Part shown: in pieces, positions 16,148-22,535 of the stretch | How positions within the stretch are numbered: the first letter of the stretch is position 1 | How the letters are laid out: each line of letters opens with the position of its first letter | Source: a virus | Strand: one strand, 5' to 3' | Virus record (IMG/VR): IMGVR_UViG_3300029452_000003 | Length of the DNA: 41,649 nt | Notes under the pieces: generated by a model | What the model was told of the DNA's origin: nothing | Seen by the model: only the letters and a program-made list of their open reading frames with translations | Databases searched by the model: none | Program-made: the position numbers and the translations under genes

Positions 16148-16381
16148 ATGTGCATTATCAACGACATCACCCATTTTGTAAAAAATGGTTTTACTGTTTT
16201 GCGCCATGCCTCTTCCGGCAAATACGAAGAGAACTCACTTGAAATTGAGGCACTGAAGCGTGAGATGTTCTGTAAACCATCAAATCGTCACACAGATATG
16301 GAGAACCTCAGAAAAGATCGTGACAATATTGCCCGTGACGTACGCACGGCGTTTAATAATTTAGTTTTGAACAATGGCTAA
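16148..16381 (+). CDS. Small protein B1a (77 aa), unknown function
   Basis: The ATG at 16148 is preceded by aaggagg (16134-16140). Alternative start at 16112. Overlaps the next gene by 8 nt. Confidence 0.5.
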   Translation: MCIINDITHFVKNGFTVLRHASSGKYEENSLEIEALKREMFCKPSNRHTDMENLRKDRDNIARDVRTAFNNLVLNNG

Positions 16382-16790
16382 ACAATCCTATTCAATTAAA
16401 GGCACAAACATCTCTAACGGAGATGCTGTTGGCAATCAGATTGAGCAGACAGTTTCTGTCGACGACAATATACTGCCTGCTCCTCAAGAATTGGCAGAGT
16501 ATAAAAATATTGACCCAAAAATTGTTGACTTCCTTATAAAGTCGTCAGAGCGTGAGCAACTTCACCGACATAAACAAGATGAAAAGAAGCTGAAGATACT
16601 CAACTACAACGAGCACAAGGTCGGCAATATGAATTGGTGGGGTATGTTCTTTGCCTTTTTTGCTATTGTTGCGACAATGGGGTTGGCAGCGTATGCTCTA
16701 TATCTTGATCGAGCGTGGTTTGCTGGTATCTTCGGCCTGGCAGGCATCGCAAGCATAGCGTCTGTGTTTATAAATAACAAAAGGGTGTAA
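16374..16790 (+). CDS. DUF2335-like membrane protein B1b (138 aa, two C-terminal TM helices)
   Basis: LPAPQELAEYKNIDPKIVDFLIKSSEREQLHRHKQDE followed by two hydrophobic helices. Paralog of 18625-19056. The DUF2335 assignment is from memory. Confidence 0.6.
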   Translation: MAKQSYSIKGTNISNGDAVGNQIEQTVSVDDNILPAPQELAEYKNIDPKIVDFLIKSSEREQLHRHKQDEKKLKILNYNEHKVGNMNWWGMFFAFFAIVATMGLAAYALYLDRAWFAGIFGLAGIASIASVFINNKRV

Positions 16791-16863
16791 TACCTAACGT
16801 GTCGCTAATTTGATTTTGAATGTTTTCATGGCACATGAAAATTAGATAAAGAACTATTTGGGA

Positions 16864-16896
16864 GCCCTCGGTGCGTGACGCATCGAGGGCTTTTTT
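16864..16896 (+). terminator. Terminator, family 2 copy 1 (GCCCTCGGTGCG..CGCATCGAGGGC + T tract)
   Basis: 12-bp stem plus tttttt. Near-identical copies at 18142-18168 and 19063-19089. Confidence 0.75.
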
Positions 16897-16961
16897 CTGT
16901 AAAAAATAACCTTTTGATGATTTTTTATGTTGAAAAACTTGCATAATATTCAAAAGATGAT

Positions 16962-16969
16962 TACCTTTG
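16962..16969 (+). promoter_or_regulatory. Bacteroidota-type -7 promoter box (TACCTTTG)
   Basis: TAnnTTTG match 23 nt upstream of the ATG at 16992. Confidence 0.45.
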
Positions 16970-16991
16970 CATTGTCAAAATAATTAAAGTT

Positions 16992-17123
16992 ATGAGGTAC
17001 ACAGAAAAAGAAAAAGAACTGATTGAGGCTATCAGAAATTACAGAAAAGCCTACCCGAACGGAGCACGAGAACTTGAATTCTACATTATGGATTTAGTCT
17101 ACGAGCTTATGGAGAATGAATAA
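16992..17123 (+). CDS. Tiny ORF A2a (43 aa), paralog of 13408-13545
   Basis: MRYTEKEKELIEAIRNYRKAYPNGARELEFYIMDLVYELMENE. Followed by a GC hairpin at 17130-17151, as in copy 1. Confidence 0.55.
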   Translation: MRYTEKEKELIEAIRNYRKAYPNGARELEFYIMDLVYELMENE

Positions 17124-17168
17124 CCAAAAGCCCTCCCTCTCGGGGGAGGGCATAAAAAAGATATAAAT

Positions 17169-17414
17169 ATGGAATACGCAATCGTAAATCAGCAGACAAC
17201 AGTGCGTCAGGTACTCAATGACGTGTACGAGGACATTAATTGGGCTTATCTCGCACAGAACTATTTTGGAAAATCCCGCAGCTGGCTTTATCATAAGTTC
17301 AGCGGACGCAACAACGGCAAGCCCGACGACTTCAGCGACATCGATCGCGAGCGTCTCAAGGGTGCGCTTGTGGATATAGCAAACCGTCTGAGAATGACGG
17401 CTGACAAGTTGTAA
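17169..17414 (+). CDS. DUF5053-like small protein A2b (81 aa)
   Basis: Paralog of 13589-13837 (SWLYHK; LKGALVDIANRLRMTADKL). Confidence 0.6.
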   Translation: MEYAIVNQQTTVRQVLNDVYEDINWAYLAQNYFGKSRSWLYHKFSGRNNGKPDDFSDIDRERLKGALVDIANRLRMTADKL

Positions 17415-17434
17415 TAACTTATTATTTTGACACC

Positions 17435-17466
17435 AGCCTCGGAACTTCGGTTCCGGGGCTTTTTTA
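17435..17466 (+). terminator. Terminator, family 1 copy 2
   Basis: agcctcggaac / ttcg / gttccggggct followed by tttttt. Confidence 0.75.
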
Positions 17467-17470
17467 ATGT

Positions 17471-17517
17471 TTCGTAGTAAAATAGTTATTGTTTTGTTTG
17501 GTAATTCGTAGTAAAAT
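17471..17517. repeat. 13-nt direct repeat TTCGTAGTAAAAT x2 upstream of the HicB-like gene
   Basis: Copies at 17471-17483 and 17505-17517, spaced 34 nt start to start. Confidence 0.8.
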
Positions 17518-17642
17518 TACAACCTTTGCAGTGCTGAATTATTAATACAAGCGATCTATGAAGCTTGTTTTGATATTCGACAAAGTAAGGTAGCGGTCGT
17601 GGCTGCCACCTATTTTAAGATTAACATATAAAACAATATATT

Positions 17643-18050
17643 ATGAACAATGTTGTGATTAAAGCTGCCCGTACTGCTGACGGCTACTGTTGTGCTTGCG
17701 ACTTACTACCGGGTTGGGTTGTTGCCTACGATGGCGACCTTGAGGGCTTTAAGGAGTATGTCCAGGAGAGTGTTGACTTTTGGCTCGAAGGCAGACGTAA
17801 AGACGGTGATGCATACCCGGAGGTGTTTGACGGTGAGTATAGGCTCGTCTACGATTTTGATGTAGCTACATTGCTCGACTACTATCGTGGCATATTCTCG
17901 TTTGCCGCTCTTCAGTCAATAACGGGCATCAACCAGAAGCAGCTCTCACACTATGCGAGCGGCTTGTCGAAGCCGCGCCCTCAGCAGGTGGAGAAAATAA
18001 AGTCGGGATTGCGCCGACTTGCCAAGGATATTGAAATGGTCACTGTTTAA
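17643..18050 (+). CDS. HicB-like (UPF0150 fold) protein with C-terminal HTH; no HicA partner seen
   Basis: N-terminus VVIKAARTADGYCCACDLLPGWVVAYDGDLEGFKEYVQESVDFWLEG matches the HicB pattern. C-terminal LQSITGINQKQLSHYASGLSKPRPQQ is HTH-like. Confidence 0.65.
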   Translation: MNNVVIKAARTADGYCCACDLLPGWVVAYDGDLEGFKEYVQESVDFWLEGRRKDGDAYPEVFDGEYRLVYDFDVATLLDYYRGIFSFAALQSITGINQKQLSHYASGLSKPRPQQVEKIKSGLRRLAKDIEMVTV

Positions 18051-18141
18051 TAAATTCAACACCGCCGCCCGACCATGCGGCACCATGACCGCTGCAAGTT
18101 TCTAATTTCGCAGCATTCATTATTATAAATGAACTCTTTGA

Positions 18142-18178
18142 GTCCTCGGTGCGTGACGCATCGAGGGCTTTTCGTTTC
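18142..18178 (+). terminator. Terminator, family 2 copy 2
   Basis: gtcctcggtgcg / tga / cgcatcgagggc followed by ttttcgtttc. Confidence 0.6.
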
Positions 18179-18218
18179 TGCGCTGCAAGTCGGTGGGCGG
18201 CGTTCGCCATTCACGCAG

Positions 18219-18255
18219 GCGGCGGACGCAATCTGATTGAGCGGCGGACGCAATC
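18219..18255. repeat. 15-nt direct repeat GCGGCGGACGCAATC x2 in a GC-rich ORF-free stretch
   Basis: Copies at 18219-18233 and 18241-18255. cgctgcaagt also occurs twice (about 18090 and 18181). Confidence 0.8.
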
Positions 18256-18358
18256 CAATCGAGTGGCGTTCGGTGCGCAAAGCAATAATATGTGAAATTA
18301 TTTTACTTTTAGTATAGTTTTTTATAATATCTATTAGTTGCTATTTCAAAAAAAAACA

Positions 18359-18371
18359 CTTACTTTGCAAA
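18359..18371 (+). promoter_or_regulatory. Conserved promoter-like box CTTACTTTGCAAA (copy 2)
   Basis: Identical to 16085-16097. Lies 25 nt upstream of the ATG at 18396. Confidence 0.4.
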
Positions 18372-18395
18372 ATAAAACCAATTAATATTTTTACT

Positions 18396-18608
18396 ATGAG
18401 TCGCTTGAATTATAATATCCGAGGTTCGTTCTCCTTACTACTTAGGGAACGCCCGACTTTTATTACTGGCATGAATTCTCTGTTCGGTGTGCGACGTCGT
18501 GCAAGTTTACACGATTATATGATGGGCAACAACGTTGACGATATGCGTCAGGATTGGATTGCTGTAGGCAAGTATATACAAAAGGCAATGCAGGCTTATG
18601 GCAGATAA
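18396..18608 (+). CDS. Small protein B2a (70 aa), unknown function
   Basis: Positional equivalent of 16148-16381. Sequence similarity between the two is weak. Confidence 0.5.
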   Translation: MSRLNYNIRGSFSLLLRERPTFITGMNSLFGVRRRASLHDYMMGNNVDDMRQDWIAVGKYIQKAMQAYGR

Positions 18609-18624
18609 TAAGAAACAGAAATAA

Positions 18625-19056
18625 GTGGTAAGACCGGATGTAGAGCAGGTGCTTGCGTCCATCGATCCTGATAAGCGCAGTGTCATTGTAAGTGCAATGG
18701 TTGAAATGCGCCAGACTTTTAGCGGTCCATTGCCTCGCCCTGCGGATTTCAAAGCGTATAAGGAAGTGTTGCCAAATGCTCCGGAACGTATTCTACTTAT
18801 GGCAGAGAAACAGCAACAGCATCGTATCGACTCAGAAGAACGGATTATTAAAGCAGATATTCGCGAGAGTATTTTTGGTCAGGTATTTGCTGTGCTGCTC
18901 GTAGTTCTATTCCTCGCTGCAGCGGTCTACTTAGGTATTAATGGACATGACTGGCTTGCAGGTATTGTTGCCACTCTTTCTGCTACGATAAGTGCTATTT
19001 TTTACTTGAAGTCAACACCAAGTAATAAGGATTTGGACAACATAGATAAGAAATAA
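18625..19056 (+). CDS. DUF2335-like membrane protein B2b (143 aa, GTG start, two C-terminal TM helices)
   Basis: LPRPADFKAYKEVLPNAPERILLMAEKQQQHRIDSEE followed by two hydrophobic helices. Paralog of 16374-16790. Confidence 0.55.
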   Translation: MVRPDVEQVLASIDPDKRSVIVSAMVEMRQTFSGPLPRPADFKAYKEVLPNAPERILLMAEKQQQHRIDSEERIIKADIRESIFGQVFAVLLVVLFLAAAVYLGINGHDWLAGIVATLSATISAIFYLKSTPSNKDLDNIDKK

Positions 19057-19062
19057 ATTTCA

Positions 19063-19095
19063 GCCCTCGGTGCACGTCGCATCGAGGGCTTTTTA
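19063..19095 (+). terminator. Terminator, family 2 copy 3
   Basis: gccctcggtgc / acgtc / gcatcgagggc followed by ttttt. Confidence 0.75.
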
Positions 19096-19151
19096 TCTCC
19101 ATTTCTCTCCAATTCTCGCCAAATTGGAGTGTTTTCCTCGCAATCCCTCAA

Positions 19152-19173
19152 AAATTCCTTGCAAATTCCTTGC
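19152..19173. repeat. Tandem 11-nt repeat AAATTCCTTGC x2
   Basis: Copies at 19152-19162 and 19163-19173, at about -35 relative to the -7 box at 19193. Confidence 0.8.
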
Positions 19174-19192
19174 ACGTTTCAATCTTAATGCC

Positions 19193-19200
19193 TACCTTTG
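19193..19200 (+). promoter_or_regulatory. Bacteroidota-type -7 promoter box (TACCTTTG)
   Basis: Exact TAnnTTTG match. A transcript from it would start just before the first palindrome at 19218. Confidence 0.45.
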
Positions 19201-19216
19201 CCATCGCTACGATATC

Positions 19217-19391
19217 CATGCGGAGCACTCCGCATTATGTGGACTCCGCATGAACAAAGGGCGAGACGATATGTTCAAGCCCAACCAACTTTTTCTAAAC
19301 GTTGTGGGCTTATTTTTTTGCCCATAATATGCCGCATCGGTACGAGGGGAGCAAGCCCTTTGTTCATGCGGAGCACTCCGCATTATGTGGA
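19217..19391 (+). promoter_or_regulatory. Leader with duplicated 27-nt element, two 18-bp palindromes, a 19-bp long-range helix and an internal terminator-like hairpin
   Basis: catgcggagcactccgcattatgtgga at 19217-19243 and 19365-19391. Palindrome atgcggag-ca-ctccgcat at 19218-19235 and 19366-19383. 19244-19262 is the exact reverse complement of 19355-19373. Hairpin 19277-19311 plus T tract. Confidence 0.5.
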
Positions 19392-19561
19392 GATGCCAGA
19401 GACAGAATACGGCGGTTCGCCTTCCACGTGTTTTTTAGCCCTTTGTGGCGGAGAGCATGGATGTTGTAGCAGACGAGGAAGTGCGAGCCGCTTTTTTCGT
19501 ACCCCTACGTCAACCCGCGCCGGAGCGGTTCTCCGGTAATAAGGCTACAACATCCTATATT

Positions 19562-19846
19562 ATGCAAACATCTGCATCTATCCAGCGCACCGCTCAACTG
19601 CGCCCGTTTAGCATCAGCACCGCCTCCGTTAAGGCGTGGCTCAACGGAAAGAGCAAGTTTTACACCGCCATCTGCGAGTTCGAGGTGACACGCCGCGAGG
19701 TTCTGCGCGTCCACGCTGCGCTTCTGTCTCTCGGCGCAGGCGCCGTCAGCGCAGAGAGCAGCATCCTCGCTGCCCTCTGCTGTGTAGTCCTCTCGGGCTA
19801 CAACGTCTACAAGTTAAACCAGGAAGAGAAAGGAGGCGAAGCATGA
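19562..19846 (+). CDS. Small protein (94 aa) with hydrophobic C-terminal half, ends EKGGEA
   Basis: First ATG after the leader. The stop overlaps the next start (ATGA). Confidence 0.45.
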   Translation: MQTSASIQRTAQLRPFSISTASVKAWLNGKSKFYTAICEFEVTRREVLRVHAALLSLGAGAVSAESSILAALCCVVLSGYNVYKLNQEEKGGEA

Positions 19847-20304
19847 ACGAACATCCATTCTACAACGAACTTTCATTGGTTCTTGTGAACACCTATGCAC
19901 CTAAAAACAAGTTTCAGGAGCTGGTCTGCAAGATGCTCTCTCCGCTGCACGGCATGTTGGTGGAGACGGAGCGCATCGATACCGTGTTTGACGATATTGA
20001 AGCAATAGTCCTTCAGGCTGACATCGAGAGACCGCGCCGCACCACTGCGATGCTGTTCGAGGCGAAAACTGAGGTGCCGGACCGATACGGCAAGCTGTGC
20101 CGCGCGGCGGTGGTCAGCGATGTCATCAAGGGCACGAGAGTTGGCAACGAGGTGGCTACGGTCTACTTCCATCCGGTGCAGGGCGTGCTCCAATACCTCA
20201 ACGAGGGCGGTACGCAGCGTATGCAGCCGGTAATGTTCGGCAAGGTGAGTGCTGAGTGGTTAGCACAGTATGTTGATATGGTAGAGAAAGGAGGCGAAGC
20301 ATGA
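19843..20304 (+). CDS. Small protein (153 aa), ends EKGGEA
   Basis: The ATG lies inside the conserved junction aaaggaggcgaagcATGA. No motif recognised. Confidence 0.6.
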   Translation: MNEHPFYNELSLVLVNTYAPKNKFQELVCKMLSPLHGMLVETERIDTVFDDIEAIVLQADIERPRRTTAMLFEAKTEVPDRYGKLCRAAVVSDVIKGTRVGNEVATVYFHPVQGVLQYLNEGGTQRMQPVMFGKVSAEWLAQYVDMVEKGGEA

Positions 20305-20543
20305 CACGTTTCAAGACTATGCACGGTCTGCACAAGATGCACCGCGAGAGCCAAAAAAAGCTGCGCTACGCTCTCGGCATGAGAGTGGAAGTTACGCTGA
20401 AGGAAGTGAAGCTCATACCGCACTTCAGTTTCCGCTGTCGTGCGAGACTTTGCACATACAGAAAGAAGTTGGCAGAAATCGAATGTGCTTACAAGGCTCT
20501 TGAAGAACTTGTCGAAAGAGTAGAGAAAGGAGGCGAAGCATGA
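20301..20543 (+). CDS. Small basic protein (80 aa), ends EKGGEA
   Basis: The same junction is present at both ends of the gene. Confidence 0.6.
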   Translation: MTRFKTMHGLHKMHRESQKKLRYALGMRVEVTLKEVKLIPHFSFRCRARLCTYRKKLAEIECAYKALEELVERVEKGGEA

Positions 20544-20749
20544 TAACAATAGATTGTACTCCCGTACGAGTATTGCTCGACAAGGAGAACTTAGCGAACA
20601 AGATAGATCTGCTCCGCGACACCATCGACCGCCTGCTCGAAGAAACGGCGGAGATTAGCGACACGGTAGAGCTTGTCGATACCGCCGACCTCATGCGCAA
20701 CCTTAACGAGCTGCGCCGACAGCTAAACGAAGTTTTAAAAGCACAATAA
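20540..20749 (+). CDS. Small acidic coiled-coil protein (69 aa)
   Basis: Starts in the third copy of the junction. Confidence 0.6.
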   Translation: MITIDCTPVRVLLDKENLANKIDLLRDTIDRLLEETAEISDTVELVDTADLMRNLNELRRQLNEVLKAQ

Positions 20750-20766
20750 GCAGAAAGGAGAATATT

Positions 20767-21069
20767 ATGGAGACAACAAACAGAACAGATAGAGATGAGA
20801 ACGAAGTGCGCCGCGCTGAAGCTATCATTACCGTTATGGATGCTTACCTTGCTTCGCGATCACCGGAGCCTGGCAAATCTCAGCTTGGCGAGGAGTACAC
20901 GGCGGAGTATAAGACAACGGAGGAGATAGCCGACGAGCTGCACAGCATCATGCCAATACACCCAATGGAGATCGTGCTATACCTGCAGGGCGAAGGCTAC
21001 GAACTGAAGACCGCTGAGGACGGTACGCTGCGGTGGGAGCTCTGGCGCGATATGCACTACATGCTATAA
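20767..21069 (+). CDS. Small acidic protein (100 aa)
   Basis: Preceded by aaaggag (20754-20760). Followed by a weak hairpin and T tract at about 21114-21152. Confidence 0.55.
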   Translation: METTNRTDRDENEVRRAEAIITVMDAYLASRSPEPGKSQLGEEYTAEYKTTEEIADELHSIMPIHPMEIVLYLQGEGYELKTAEDGTLRWELWRDMHYML

Positions 21070-21176
21070 AATAGAGCCATAAGATAAAAAACATTTTTTT
21101 ACATTTTTCGCTTGCGGCGCATTCTATGTGAATAGGGTGCGCCGTTTTTGTATTCTTACGTGTCGCGAGCTTGTTA

Positions 21177-21184
21177 TATCTTTG
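21177..21184 (+). promoter_or_regulatory. Bacteroidota-type -7 promoter box (TATCTTTG)
   Basis: TAnnTTTG match 27 nt upstream of the ATG at 21211. Confidence 0.45.
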
Positions 21185-21210
21185 CCGTTGCAAACCAATA
21201 ACAAGCATTT

Positions 21211-22290
21211 ATGATCACTCTTCTTCAGTCGCTACCCGCAACATGTTTCTCGTCGTGCATCCCCGACGTGATATATTCGTTCACTCCCTCCAGTGGCGAC
21301 ATCGGCAACGCCAACCGAATAGGCACCACCGTCACCATTACCATCGACGGCAATGAGATATTCTCAGAACGTTTCTTCCCAATCGACGGCAAGATAACAC
21401 TCGCAGAGCTCGACCGCCTGCTCACTCCGTATGCTCGTCAGAACTTGAGCATCAACCTCACCATCAAGATCGAAGAAGATGACTACGCTTGGGAGGGTGA
21501 TGGCGGTACTGCCACCATCTCGTCGAAGATCATATACTGCGAGGCAGATATCAACACTCCTGCTACCGACTTTATCAACACGCATTTTCTCACGATGTTA
21601 GATGGCGAGAAGCAGACCGCACTCAACCGCTTAGAATACCTACACTACATCGGCACCGACAGTGCCTCTGTCGTCGCAGAATATGACGACGGCACGACAA
21701 AGACCTTCAAGCTCTCGCCAGTTGGTGGCAATAGTCGCTATACTACGATTGATGTTACTCCGAGCAAGTTCGTTAGCGATACTGATAGTTGTTTATTAGG
21801 TTTTGGGGTCCAGGCTGGGCAGCGCAAGTTCCGGTTCTCTATCGATTTAGACGAACCTGACTGCGCTCCCATCCTGGTTTTCGAGAACTCTTTCGGTTGC
21901 GACGAGCTGCTCTACTGCACGGGTACACATACCGTGGCACCTACCTATAAGCGTAGCCAGGGCTACATCGGCAAGTTTAACCGCAACTACGAGATAGCCG
22001 AGACACGCACCTTCAAGGCTGACACGGGCATTCTCACGTTCGCAATGGCGAATTGGGCTGACGAGCTCTTCCGATCTAAGAGCATACATGTGGTGAACTT
22101 CAAGGACGGACACCCAAATGTAGGCAAAGAGGTCATTGTCACCGACTCAAAGTCGGAGTACAACAACAACGATGAGTCGATGCCACGCTTCACCTTCAGC
22201 TACCAGTATGCTCAGCGCAACCACAACGTGTTCGACACGCTGCGCTCCGGACGCATCTTTGACAACACCTTCGACAATACCTTTGAGTGA
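21211..22290 (+). CDS. Hypothetical protein (359 aa), translationally coupled to the portal operon
   Basis: Stop/start overlap (TGATG) with the next gene. No motif recognised. Confidence 0.55.
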   Translation: MITLLQSLPATCFSSCIPDVIYSFTPSSGDIGNANRIGTTVTITIDGNEIFSERFFPIDGKITLAELDRLLTPYARQNLSINLTIKIEEDDYAWEGDGGTATISSKIIYCEADINTPATDFINTHFLTMLDGEKQTALNRLEYLHYIGTDSASVVAEYDDGTTKTFKLSPVGGNSRYTTIDVTPSKFVSDTDSCLLGFGVQAGQRKFRFSIDLDEPDCAPILVFENSFGCDELLYCTGTHTVAPTYKRSQGYIGKFNRNYEIAETRTFKADTGILTFAMANWADELFRSKSIHVVNFKDGHPNVGKEVIVTDSKSEYNNNDESMPRFTFSYQYAQRNHNVFDTLRSGRIFDNTFDNTFE

Positions 22291-22535
22291 TGGGCGCTAT
22301 ACACTTTGCTGACATGCTGCGCCTGCTCGATCAGGCTTATCAGCACCGCTCACTTGTCGACATCCATGCGTGGGAGGGTGGCACCGGCGAGATGCTGCAC
22401 TACAAGGGGTGGCTGGTGCACCACGTCAACTGGCGAGGTGGCTATGTGCGCCTGCGCAACCCTCGCAACCGTGCCATACGTGCATTGCCACAGATTTTTA
22501 TCATACAAATCAATAACAAACGTGTTTATTTATGA
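22290..22535 (+). CDS. Hypothetical protein (81 aa)
   Basis: Coupled on both sides (TGATG upstream, ATGA downstream). A GTG at 22287 is also possible. Confidence 0.45.
   Translation: MGAIHFADMLRLLDQAYQHRSLVDIHAWEGGTGEMLHYKGWLVHHVNWRGGYVRLRNPRNRAIRALPQIFIIQINNKRVYL

Noticed and set aside
19070-19539. ORFs 19070-19327 and 19198-19539 inside the palindromic leader
   Set aside because: They translate through the duplicated 27-nt elements and the terminator-like hairpin, overlap each other and have no start context. The region is better explained as regulatory/non-coding.
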